A DNA stretch of 64,000 nucleotides, from NCBI GenBank assembly GCA_950097015.1, contig CATNEN010000039.1:12276001-12340000 (forward strand), given 5' to 3'. Made by a program: the position numbers and the translations under genes. Numbering within the stretch: the stretch's first letter is position 1; the number at the start of each line of letters is the position of its first letter. Under the pieces are notes generated by a model, which was not told the DNA's origin, did not search any database, and saw only the letters and a program-made list of their open reading frames with translations. Origin of the DNA: Macrostomum hystrix. Its lineage: Eukaryota > Animalia > Platyhelminthes. Of this stretch, positions 47,241-59,581 are shown piece after piece.

Positions 47241-50200
47241 TCAACCCCTGCGCTGATGAAGCTTCCCAGTTTCCGACTGTCTTGGCCAGCGTCTCAACTG
47301 TCGAGGTCGCGGTCGCTGTCGACTGTGGTCGGTGAGCCGCAGCCGCAGCCGCTGCTTAGGAGATGAATTAGGATGAGATTTGCCGCCACGCAGTCTGACA
47401 GTCCTGCTGCCTCGTTGCAAATGCTGATTTGTGTGTTGCTTGCTATTGTTGTTAGTGTCAACAATAATGTCTTCATTGGGCGTGGAAGATTGCTGATGCC
47501 GAACCTCCTGCAAGCGACATTCGCCGATTCGTTGGCAAGTTTGCAGTAGGCTTCGCTTGGCTTTCTCGCGGCGCACCACCAGGTAGCAGAGGTTGCGCAA
47601 CCGTTCCAGATCTAGTCGCACACGGACGAGAGTTCGAGCCTGCTGCAATAGTTTGGCATCTTCCGGGCTGACAGCGGCGGCTGTCGCTGCTCCGGCGGAG
47701 CAAAAGGCCGGCGAATGGACGTTATCGGCGCCGGACACGGATGTCGACGCAGCAGATGGCGAAGATGACGAAGCCGAGGCGAGCAGCGGCTGGTGAAGCT
47801 GCTGGCACAGGTGGCCGGATGAGTCTGAGCAGTCGGTGATGGAAGTGCTCAGCATTGGGCGGCAGCCATTAGCCTGCAAACCGAAAATATTAAAGCAAAT
47901 AATACGTGACTGGATTTCCATGTACACTAACAACAGAAGATCTGATCGGTAGCGGAAAATAGATTTAAATGGACGATGATAAAAGGGCGGATTGGACGAT
48001 AAGTGAAATGTCGGATTGGACGATGAGAAAAAGGCGGATTTAATGATAAGAAAAGGGCGGATTGGACGATGAAAAAAGGGCGGATTGGACGATAAGAAAA
48101 GTGCGGATTTAATGATGAAAAAAGGGCGGATTTGACGATGATAAAAGGGCGGATTTGATGATGAGAAAAGGGCGGATTGGACGATGAGAAAAGGGCGGAT
48201 TGGATTATGAAAAAAGGGCGGATTTGATTATGATAAAAGGGCGGATTGGATGATGAAAAAAGGGCGGATTTGATGATGAGAAAAGGGCGGATTGGATTAT
48301 GAAAAAAGGGCGGATTTGATGATGAGAAAAGGGCGGATTTGATGATTAAAAAAGGGTGAATTGGATGATGAGAAAAGGGCGGTTTTGATGATGAAAAAAG
48401 GGCGGATTGGACGATGAAAAAGGACGGATTTGATGATGATAAAAGGGCGGATTGGATTATGAAAAAAGGGCGGATTTGATGATGATAAAAGGGCGGATTG
48501 GATGATGAAAAAAGGGCGGATTTGATGATGATAAAAGGGCGGATTGGACGATGAGAAAAGGGCGGATTGGATTATGAAAAAAGGGCGGATTTGATGATGA
48601 TAAAAGGGTGGATTGGATGATGAGAAAAGGGCGGATTTGATGATGAAAAAAGGGTGAATTGGATGATGAGAAAAGGGCGGATTGGACGATGAAAAAGGAC
48701 GGATTTGATGATGATAAAAGGGCGGATTGGATTATGAAAAAAGGGCGGATTTGATGATGATAAAAGGGCGGATTGGATGATGAAAAAAGGGCGGATTTGA
48801 TGATGATAAAAGGGCGGATTGGACGATGAGAAAAGGGCGGATTGGATGATGAGAAAAGGGCGGATTTGATTATGAAAAAAGGGCGGATTGGACGATGAGA
48901 AAAGGGCGGATTCGACAGCGAGAATCAAGAGCCCATAGAAACTGACCGTGCGCTTTAATTTCCAATAGTCTAGAATGAGGGACACAGTTTTGGCGTCAAT
49001 TTTTCGTGATCCCAATCGACGACGCAAATCGCTTGGACTGACCGCAGTGTGAAAACTGGCTTCTAGCTCCTTCAATCTGAAATTTTTTATGAATCTTACT
49101 AGTTGGGCATTGTTGCGATGCGTAGGACAAAAATATCTATAAATTATGCAAACAACAATGTCTATAGTCAAATCGAATAAAAACAAGTGAGAAAGGAAAA
49201 CTATTTATTAGTGATAAATCTCAAAATAATTACACACCACGAAAACAAATAAATCTAAATGCTAAGAAATAACAATGAAGAAATACATCAAGAAGGAAAA
49301 CCCGAAACCCAAATGAAGAAAAAATTACGAGAAAAAATGTTTTCATCCTGAAGATTTCATAACGAAGAAATTCTGCAAATAAGTATTACAGCGGAGATCC
49401 TAAAAAAGAAAACTCGAGAAAATCCTAAAGGGCTAATCCTAACAGGTCGAATTCTGAAGGTAAATCCCAAAAGGTAAATCCCAAAAGGGAAATCCCGAAA
49501 TGGAAATCTCAAAAGGGCAATCTCAAAGGGCAACCCCAAGAGGAGAATCCCAAAAGTGAAATCCCAAATGTTAAATCTCAAAATGGAAATCCAATAGGGC
49601 AATTCCAAAAGGGAAATCCCAAAAGGAAAATCCGTAAATGGGTATTACGAAAAACATTTTTTATACGAAAGTTTTAATGAAAAAACATTTGGATGAAATT
49701 ATACCCAAGAGAAAAATCCAAAAGTGTAAATACATAAAAGAAAATAGCCCAGAAACGCAAATCTTTGGAGTAAGCGCTAGTTGATAAAAGTGAAGTCACA
49801 TACAAACCTCATATTTCGCTTATTCAGCAGTCCATTGTCAGGGGTCGCAGCTTTAGGCGTAGCCTGCAACTGCTGCTGCAGCAACAATTGAGCCGGCTTG
49901 CGCTTTATCTGCTTCAGTTTATGCTTGAGCTTCATCAACTGTTCCCGCTTCTTGCGCCACTCTCTCTCGCGACCCATGGCGCGCGCCGCTTCCGCCGTGT
50001 CGGCGTGCCGCTCGCAGTAAGCCAAGTACTTTCGGTGACCATCGCGACACTCCACTGAGGCTAGTCGACCGCCGACGCCGCCGCTAGTTGCTAAGCAGCC
50101 AACGTGAAATGCGGCCTTGCATCTACGGACGCCGCAGCGGACGCAGGCGCCGACGCCGCGCTGCCGACAGATACGACAGAGAAGGGCGCGTCTCCAAGGC

Positions 50201-52537
50201 GGCACTTCAGCTTCGAAATCCTGGGAAGAACAGCGTGAGCTTCGTTGTAAGATTCTATCATCTCAGAATTGGTAATTAAACCCAATTGGATGAGTTAGAG
50301 ATATGAGATGGGGATATGAGAGGTGGTGGGATGGTGGATATAACAGCCGATGAGATGGGGATATGAGAGTGGATGAGAAGGGGATAGAGAGTGGATGAGA
50401 TGGGGATATGAGAGCGGATACATGGGAATATGAGATATGAGAGCGGATAAGATGGGGATAGAGAGTGGATGAGATGGGGATATGAGAGGTGGTGGGATGG
50501 TGGATATAACAGCCGATGAGATGGGGATAGAGAGTGGATGAGATGGGGATATGAGAGCGGATGAGATGGGGATATGAGAGCGGATGAGATGGGGATAGAG
50601 AGCGGATGAGATGGGGATATGAGAGTAGAAACCAGCAACCAATTGGTACGCAAAGTTATTAACATTTTTAATAATACTGACAGTAGCATAGGAAAAGCAT
50701 GAAAAAATTCTAAACAGGCAACTGCTAACCTGCAGCGGGTCCGTCATGGCCTCAACATCGCCAAACGTGACTTCGGGCAGCCAGAGAGCGCAGGCCACGT
50801 GGCACCAGGCGTCAGGATCGCAGCCAGCCGACTTCATGACTATGGCATTGCCGAAGGAAGCGGCTGAAGCCGAAGAAGTATCTCTGGCTGGGCAGAGCAG
50901 GCAGTCGGGCCGGCGTCTGAGTCCGCGGCTGCACGGCTGGCACAGCCAGCTGCCGTCGGGCACGTCAGTGAGGCCGTAGCAGGCCTGATGAACGGCGGCA
51001 TCGCAGCCGTCGCAGAATACGATCTCATTGTCTGGCCCGGCCTCCGGGCAGAGGCAGGCGCTGCAGGCCACGCTCGCATCGTATTCAATACCGAGGCCTG
51101 CTGTGCCGCGCAGGCTGGCCTGGGAGAGCGGATTAGGGGCAGATGAAAGAGCGGATGAGGTGCGGATAAGAGAGCGGATGAAGGAGCGGATGAGAGAGCG
51201 GGTAAGAGCGGATGAGAGAGCGGGTAAGAGCGGATGAGAGAGCGGATTAGAGAGCGGATGGGGAGCGGATGAGAGAGGGGGTGAGAGAGCGGGTGAGAGC
51301 GGATGAGGGAGCGGGTATGAGCGGATGACGGAACGGGTGAGAGCGGATGAGGGGGCGGGTATGAGCGGATGACGGAGCGGGTGAGAGCGGATGAGGGAGT
51401 GGAGTAGAGAGCGGATGAGGGAGCGGATGAGGGAGAGCGGATGAGGGAGCGAAAGAGAAAGCGGATGCGAGAGCGGATGAGATGGAGGCATAATAAAACA
51501 TGCTAGACTTCAATCAAGCAGGCCCTACAAACCTGAAGCCGGGCATGCGTAGCCACCTCAGCAGCGGTGATGACAGCTTCTAAATCGTCAGGCGCCACGC
51601 CAGTTAATCGCATCCATCTGGCGTCTAGCTCGTCAGAGCAGTAGGACACGGAGCCGTCTTGAACCGCGGCTTGCAAATCCTCCGGCGCCGGGTCGGTTCG
51701 AAGGAACTGGCGCGGCGGCAGGCGCCAGGAGGCTGGCTGTCTGGACTTCGCCGACGAAGGACCAGCTTCGCTGTGCAAATGATCGTCGTGCGGCGATAGG
51801 CGACGAATTGTGGGCTCGATGCGATCGGATTTGATTGGCACCTGGGCGTTGGATGATTGACAGGTGCATTAAGATGTTTTACCTACAATTTAATTGTAAT
51901 TTATCGATCTTAACATTATCCATATTTTATGCACTAGCTGAATAAGTTTAGATTATTTTGTTATATTTCAAGATCCTGTAAGTTACACATGGCACAACAG
52001 GCAAACAGGCACAGTCATAGGGCCCTCTATGTAATCAAACCCCCACATAACAATAATATTAGCAGAGGGGCTGAGGGCACAGGCTTATTATTTGTCGACA
52101 GTTGACCCGCAGTCCCAAGTTAATGTGGCTCTGCCGCAGAATCGGGTTCAGGGTTCTTAGTAACCATGACAACGCCAAAACAAAATTAACGTTGCATTTA
52201 AGAATTAAAAAAAAAGCATTTTAAACACGAAATTTCGTCAACCATTCAAAAATACCTGAACTCCTCGCTGCCACTCGTGTCGCCATGGATCAGTGACGCG
52301 AAGGGCTCGCTTGCTAGGCAGCGCCGGTTCAGCATCCGGCACAGTCATGCGACTGACGTAGGCCGCGTCGAAACACTCGGCCAATGCTGATTGGCTATCA
52401 GCATCAAACTGGCGCCATCTGCGCAGTCTGTGCTGCCAGTCAGTAACTAGGCGACGCTGATCCGGCTGCTGACTAGTCCGATGCGCTTTCTGCTCATGCT
52501 TGGATGTAGATGGCGACACTTTCAATGCCGATGGCAT
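47241..52537 (-). CDS. JADE/PHF17 (rhinoceros)-like PZP-domain HBO1 complex scaffold, ~738 aa
   Basis: Exons 52537-52256, 51841-51533, 51119-50730, 50220-49808, 49136-48947, 47873-47241 (2217 nt). DPWRHEWQRGVQV, GLGIEYD..VAC..C, PHD NEIVFCDGC..VHQACYG...VPDGSWLC, WCHVACALWLPEV, second PHD, YWKLKR, R.DLERLRNLCYLV.RREK. Confidence 0.92.
47970..48910. repeat. Intronic minisatellite, 21-22-bp unit (aaagggcggattggatgatgag)
   Basis: Fills the last JADE intron. Confidence 0.93.
50290..50625. repeat. Intronic purine-rich minisatellite (ggatgagatggggatatgagagc)
   Basis: JADE intron 3. Confidence 0.85.
51121..51485. repeat. Intronic purine-rich minisatellite (gagagcggatga-type)
   Basis: JADE intron 2. 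Confidence 0.85.
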
Positions 52538-52656
52538 CTTTAAGATTCGCTGGCGTTTTTTGTTTAGAATTGAACTGTTATTTATTTACACTGGCATGGC
52601 AATGATATGACAATTGCTGGATTGACTAATCTCATTGAACTGGAAATCTAAAGTTG

Positions 52657-52880
52657 TGATAATAATAACATCAGTTGGTGACACTATATCCGCAGCCAGC
52701 AGGGAGGCAATTCTGCCTATTTTGCTGACTCCTGAGCACACAAATACAGGTACTGTACACAGGCACTCACACAGGTGTACATATGCCCTGACTTTCTCAT
52801 GGTCAGGCAGTGTACACTTCACTGTGCCTTCGAGGTTGGCCCTCAAGGGCATAAATTGCATGACAAGCCCGTAAGCCCTC
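52657..52880 (-). mobile_element. tRNA-derived SINE, family 1 (headless)
   Basis: Family body and short TAA tail just upstream of the JADE start. Confidence 0.78.
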
Positions 52881-55609
52881 ATGTAAACTCACCTCTGCAG
52901 AAGTAGTGATACTTTAGAGCACAGATGCAGCCCTCAAATGAGGACCTCTGACGCCTTTAGATGACTACATTAACTTATTCTTATCTTTCCTATGCTCAAT
53001 ACATCTTCTGTCTTGTTTCTTGCCTACCTACTATTTACCATGCCCAATATTTTTACCTTATCTCTTCCCTCTTAGGATGTCTACAGACAATTTTTATTCA
53101 TACTATGCTCAAGTACTTTTTTGTCCATTTTTTACCGTGTGCCTGTCTTTGTTGCACAAATGAAATTTGTCATGATTTTTTCATGGTAAGGTCAATGGAC
53201 TTTTGACTTGGCATGCACTTTATCAGAATTGACAAGTCATTGAAATGCTACCTGACAAGGGATTTTGGCAACCACCATTCTGGCACAAAAAACAATGTCA
53301 AATGTTATTTGCTATTTAGTCCAAAACATGAAGAAGGCCAATGAATTCAATAAGCATTGAATCCAAACATACATAAATTTCATTTTAACACAGTCTAGAC
53401 ATGGCAGCCATGCCTATAATTCTAAAATTTAGGATCAAGATAATATTTTGTGAATTGGCCAATTGTTCTAAATATGTACTAGATTTGACATAAATATATA
53501 CAGATTATTTTTTACACATAACTATAACTATTCCTGGTACCAAACTTATACTCAACTTTAGGTAATTTCTACAATCCAAAGCTGGAACTTTTTGGCATAA
53601 ACTACATTATCTGGACTGTGGCAAATGCTTTGATTTCTACTTATAGGGGCCTACAAGTATTAAAATGAAGTGTAATAAATATTCAACATCTAAAATTTCC
53701 CAACCCAATTTTAGGTTCTTCAATTTACCTGAAACCAGAGATCTTAAAACTTCTGGATCTAAAACATGGGTGGGTTAGGTGAGAGGCAGAGCAGTAAACA
53801 TGTTTGCCTTTTACACTAAGGTCCCTGAGCTTGATTCTGTGGCAAGGTCACATAATCTGGGCATGCCTAAGAGAAGGCTTGTGGGCTTGTTGTGTGGTTT
53901 ATCGAATTTTTGTCAACTTGGTTGACGAATGGTCCAAATATTTTACTGCCTGTTGATGAAAGTTCCACAGCCAGCCATATTGAATGCACCAAAGTAACGT
54001 TGCGTAACGTAACCAGAGTAAAGCCTTTGCGCACTATTTATTGCATACACTGTATTGCATATTCAGCAAGTGTTGATTGCCATTGTGCAGAAAAGCCTCC
54101 ATATTTTCTCAGATGAATGTCACAAGACATTAATGATTAAGCAATGAAAATATTTTATCTTGACTTATCTTGAATTCATTCGCTCTGATTTCCAAGATTG
54201 CAATGAATAACAGTTTTTTTAGAAAATTTGCATTATATGTGAAGGGCTTGAGATGGTTATTGCAATAATAAAATTGTACTGTAAATGCTAATCAATGTAC
54301 ACTGTAGATGGCTTGGAAGATTAGAGTGCAAGAAGAAAAGAACTAAAGTGCACAGCGAAAGTCTAATAAATAGTGACAACCTTACAATCCGAGCATGAAC
54401 TAGCTAGCAGATGTACATGACTTACAAGTTGGCATATGAACAGTGTGCACTGTGCAGTGTCTGACACAATTTAGAGAAAATGTGGCAGGTGCCACTGATT
54501 TGTGGAGTATATATATACTTTTACACACTCTTTTGTTTTGCTGTCACTCACACAGAATGAACAACAATATCAACAACTGCATTGTGTGCCAAGAGGCTGT
54601 GCGCCTGCGGCAAGAAGGTTTGCAGTGTGATCAATGCAATAAGTGGCAGCATTGTACCTGCCAAAGTGGTGTTAGTAGCCAACAGTATCACCATCTGCAG
54701 CAGCTAGAAAGTTTTAAGTTCAGCTGCAGCCTTTGTCAGGAAAAGCCATAGGAACAACCTGAACAGCCAATTGATTGTTCTGTGTGCACCGGCTGTCCAG
54801 CAGCCACAGCAGATAGCAGTGACAGCTGTTCAGCAGCCTCAGCAGCCAGCAGTGCCAGCTGTCCAGCAGCAGCAGCAGCCAGCAGTCCAGCAGCTGGGCT
54901 ATTTAGAAGAGCTTTATGCAGCTGACATAGGCCCAATTGCGGAGCTTCTGCAACTTTAAGAAGTGTCGTTTGCCGACCCAGAGCCACAGCCAATAGAGCA
55001 GCCAGCTGCCCCGCAAATGGATTCCTTCCGCATCATCCCAAGTGCATCAACGAAAGGAAAAGACATTCTTTTGCACAGCATCAGTAACTAGGAATATGTC
55101 CTAGGCTTCAATGTAGCAAGGCAGGGCACGCGATACTGGAGATACACCAGCCATAGTGCAGGTTTACAATGCCCAGGCACAGCAATACAGAAGACAAATG
55201 GGACAATTACGAGAGGAAGGGCACTTGCACTCCACATACACTTTCACTCCACGAATTCTTGAAGGGGAGAAGCGGAAGCTGGTCTCCGAGATAAAATATG
55301 AAGCTTAGCATCATTGCTTTTGTCCAGTAGCAGCAATCGTCAAAGAGAAACTTCAACAGAGTGAAGCACAAATGGCACCTAAGGAGCCAAATGTGAGCAC
55401 ATTAGTGTGCATTGCGAACAAGGGGTGTGAAGCTGATAGACCAGTGCCACCCATAGATCTGACATTTGAAATTTCTCAAAGTCATATACCTGACGACTTT
55501 TCTCTGTTTCAAGATCTGTGCGTCAATCGAATGGGAAAGTGCCATTCTGCTGTTTCTGACAAATGTACAGCAGACTACACTCTCATCAAGTCAGGTCTGG
55601 TTTATGGAC

Positions 55610-55858
55610 CATACATGTGCAACCTCCCAAATCTTAGCCGGCGGTGCGACTTTAGTTTTTAAGCCAAAAATGTGACATACATTCATTCATTGCTATATTT
55701 ATGACTTAGTTTGCTCTCATTTGCGACTTAGTTTGTTGTCCCTTGGTCCCCCCTTTGATTTTTTTGCATTTGGTCGATTGGTTTTTGCGACTTACCTTGC
55801 TTGGCCTTTGTTTCACCCGGCCGGTTTGGCCAGGTCGGCTGGGTGTTGTGCATGTATG
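55610..55858. mobile_element. Non-autonomous DNA transposon (MITE family A)
   Basis: TIR CATACATG..CATGTATG; 8-bp TSD TTATGGAC; second copy at 57898. Confidence 0.88.
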
Positions 55859-56313
55859 TTATGGACAGTACTTTGAAGTTGTGAGGGAGCCATTTAGACA
55901 ACTCTACACAGTCTACTGCTACATTCACCAAGGAGAAACAGCAAAGCAGGTGGTCTTGGCATTTGCTTTAATCTCTAGGAAGGCTCTACATGACTACCTG
56001 GCAGTCTTCCAGCACCTTAGAAGCCTACTACTGAACAGTGGTCTTCCACAGTTCTGGACTTTGAATGTGCCGTATGGCAGGCCCTACGTGTTGCCTATTC
56101 CATTGAAGGGCTACCTGTTCCATCATATTCAACAGGCTGGCCTCCAGCAGGCATATTATATAGCAGATCTTAGTAGGAAAACTTTCTGCTGGATGCTCAT
56201 GGCTCTGCCATATCTCCTGGCCAAGCATATGGAAGAGGGCCTGGCACAGATTGTCCAACCACACCTTCTCGAAGTCGTAGAGTAAGTTGATGCTACCTGG
56301 TTAAACAGCCTAG

Positions 56314-56845
56314 TGATATACTTTATCGTTACGCTTGTATCTTCTCTATGATGCTCTCTAACTCTCTGTTCTAAATATGTATATCCTGTGTTGAGTCAAT
56401 CAGTGGCAAGTTCAACTCAAGTTTCCAGCAGTGTTAAACCTTCTCTTGTGTGTTATATTTCCAATTGTATTACTGGTGTTGATTAAGCAATGCACAATGA
56501 TGGTGAGCAATCAGAATACTAAGTAAGAAGCAGTCAGGAATGTGGTACTTATCAGACTCGTTGAATATTCAGTAGTTCAAGGCTAAGGCCTGTTGTCTAT
56601 GTGATTGAGTCCGTAATCTGGTTGACTATTATAACTTTAGATTGATTTGTTAGCGAGACTAGGAGTTGGAAGAAGCTAAGGTAGTGGGAACAGAAGGTTG
56701 ACTGCTTTGCACTTTCGTATGTTATATATATATAGTGTGTTGTTAAGCTGTCATTGGTAGCCTGCGTTTAGCAAATCAGCATATAGGAAGTAGTGCGTTG
56801 GAGAGATAATGCTAGAATGCATTTGGTGTGAGTGGCTACATCTCA
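56314..56845. mobile_element. Probable solo LTR, 532 bp
   Basis: TGATAT...ATCTCA ends with a 4-bp TSD CTAG. Removing it restores the transposase frame TWLNSLVFKHLEVSIYNQTICTNNECEGWH. Confidence 0.78.
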
Positions 56846-56990
56846 CTAGTGTTCAAACACTTGGAAGTGAGCATCTACAACCAGACGATTTGCACAAACA
56901 ATGAGTGTGAGGGTTGGCATAGGCGACTGAAGCAACAAGCAGAGCAACATTAGCCTTTGTAACATAAGGTAACATACCCCTTGTTGTAGC

Positions 56991-57672
56991 CCATAGTCAG
57001 GAAGGTGGCAGTTTGGTCGGAAAATTCCGGCGCACACAAGCCCTTTTTGGACACACAACGGCGCACAACGGCGCGCCACAACAGCGCACAGCGGCGCACT
57101 GGCGCACAGCGGTGATCCCATGTAACGATGTAAGTCGTTACTTGTTACAATACACTATTCACTGTTCTATCTAATGTAACACTGCATTCTACAAAAAAAA
57201 ATAAAATAAAATATTTTCCTTTTCCTTTTTACCTTTGTTTTTGCCATTTGCTTACTTTTTATGTTTGTTTTGTTTTAAAAATTAGAAATTAAATTAAAAA
57301 TTTTTTAAATTTCTATTTTCGGTTTAACGTTCTCAATTTCTCATAATATAATATAGATAGCCCGTAACCGTCCCGTATTAACCATTATATTCTCTTGTCT
57401 CATGACTCGACTCTCGTGTAACGTTTATTTATTTCATTCATTTATTCATTTAAGAGAATAGAATGAGTTCGCCTTATGCAAATGCAAATTGTAAATATTG
57501 GCCCACAAAAATTGTTGCTATGTTGTAAAAAAAGGTCTTTTATTGTCGCAGGGCAGGTAGTGGCGGGCACACAACGGCGCACACGAGGGTTTTTGTGTCG
57601 GCGCACGGCGCACAATTTTGGGAGAGGCCAAAATTTGTTCCGGCGCACACTCTGCCACCTTCCTGACTATGG
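56991..57672. mobile_element. Non-autonomous DNA transposon (MITE family B, hAT-like)
   Basis: TIR CCATAGTCAGGAAGGTGGCA; 8-bp TSD GTTGTAGC; subterminal gcgcac repeats. Confidence 0.9.
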
Positions 57673-57897
57673 GTTGTAGCTACTGCTCAATGAGGCTCTC
57701 ATGGTGCCAGTTTAGGCAGCACTGATGTATCAAGGGTAGACTCAACAGTAGCATTGCAGTCAATACAAGAAGCTGCAAGAGCTGGCAGACTGGCATTGGT
57801 ATGATTATCATGACAGCCAGCTTACTATCCATAGGGTTCTGATAGAATGCTCCTAGCTGAATCACATTCCAAAATTCAGTCAGAGGGCAGTGAATAC

Positions 57898-58176
57898 CAT
57901 ACATGCACAACCTCCCAAATCTTAGCCGGCCGTGCGACTTAGTTTTTGCTCTCATTTGCGACTTAGTTCGTTTCATTGCTCTATTTACGACTTAGTTTGC
58001 TCTCATTTGCTCTTTTTCTCTCCCCTTTTTCCTTTTCTTCACGCCTTCCTTTTTTGTCCCTTGGTCCCCCCTTTGATTTTTTTGCGCTTGGTCGATTGGT
58101 TTTTGCGACTTACCTTGCTTGGCCCTCGTTTCACCCGGCCAGTTCGGCCGGGTCGGCCGGGTGTTGCGCATGTATG
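57898..58176. mobile_element. MITE family A, second copy
   Basis: Same TIR and body as 55610; flanked by AGTGAATAC on both sides. Confidence 0.88.
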
Positions 58177-59581
58177 AGTGAATACTGTTTTATTAGATGA
58201 AGACTATTAAACTAATTGCAATTATTGTTAAACTCCATTTTTAATGCAACCCAGGCTTATTGGTTATTGGTTAGGCCTATCAAAAAAGTAGACAAAAGTT
58301 CTAAAATCCTGTTGTGCAATTTATGCCCTCACAAGCCAAACTCCAAGGTACAGTGAAAGTGTACACTACCTGGTCATTGAGACAGTCAGGGCATATATAT
58401 AACACCTGTGTGGATATGCCTGACACATGATACTTATGAGTGTAGGCCTAGTTGCTTAGGAGTCTGCCAAATAAGGTAGAATTGTCTTTTCTTATTATCT
58501 TTAGTGTCACAAATAATAAGCCATTGCCTATAGTTCTCTGGCAAGTATTATTATTATTATTTAGGGCATGGCAGCTTAAGGATCTTAGGGGGGAAATTAT
58601 TTATTGAATTAATGAATTTTGTGAATTTCTTTTGAAGGTTTGTCTTTAGTGAATCAATTAATAAAACAATTCTAGGCCTGAAGAATCTAGTCTGATTTGG
58701 CAACAAAAAACTTAGCTGACAACTATTTCATACACTTCAATGGCAATGTATTTATAAACATTAGACCTAATTAATATCTTGCTAATATAACTAGTAAATT
58801 AAAATAATAGAAAGTAAGAAATGGAGAAAATTTACGCCATATATAGTCTAGCTGAGTATCAGTATGAGGTATAAGGCTGGCACCAAGCACCAGTTCGATT
58901 AAAGAAAATAATTGACAATATCCTAATAAGTAGCGTTTTTAGACACAATTTTAATTTATTATTTTAATTACTTTAAATAAATTTACCGCCACAACAAGCA
59001 GTTTTCCAAGAAATTTTAAAGGCAGCATTAAGGCAAGCCTGTTCGATATCAATATTATAACGGACGTGAAAACTTTTCGAAGAAAGTAGTTGACATGATT
59101 GCACATTAAACAAAATACTAACTATTTTAACCATTTATATCCTGATTACACTCCCAATAAGCAAAAAATTGCCGTTAAAAAATTTTAAGATTACAAGCCG
59201 ATTACAATTTTATTGATCTACCTACCCTAATGTGTCTTTATCCTATAACAAAATTCAATTAATACAATGTGTTAGAAACAATTAACTAATACACAAGAGA
59301 AACTGATTACAATGTGCTATAACTGTTCTAAGGGCTACGTTTTTAGCTTTTTTTGTTTTACATTTTCTTTGCTGGCACAAAAATATTACTTTCTGCGAAA
59401 CATTTCGCGATCTAAGTTAATATTTATAAAAGACTAGGCCTACCATCTAACGTTCGACTATTTACCTTTACTTTTTTTAAGTAAATCTTTGTGAGCTTTT
59501 TCTGTTATTCCGTAACACATCATTGATACGTCATAATTATAGCTACTATTTATAAGACTTTTCCATTTATAAGGTACTGGG

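Larger units (their letters stand above)
54557..57860 (+). pseudogene. MULE transposase pseudogene with N-terminal PHD finger and FLYWCH-like remnant
   Basis: PHD CIVC..LQCDQC.KWQH.TC..FSCSLC; YWR...CPG; WFMD(S)T..VVREPFRQLY; LKGYLFH; LMALPYL; TNNECEGWHRRL. Many stops and frameshifts, and interrupted by insertions. Confidence 0.82.
53896..58309 (+). mobile_element. Decayed Mutator-like (MULE) DNA transposon
   Basis: Imperfect TIRs: ggtttatcgaatttttgtcaact vs the reverse complement of the right end ggattttagaacttttgtctact (18/23). Flanks tgttgtgt / tgttgtgc. Confidence 0.75.
53765..58560 (+). mobile_element. Old family-1 SINE split in two (53765-53895 and 58310-58560) by the MULE element
   Basis: Head ...gagaaggcttgtgggcttgttgtg resumes as tgttgtgcaatttatgccc...gtgtacactacctg...gtcagggc and ends in (att)n. 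Confidence 0.72.
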
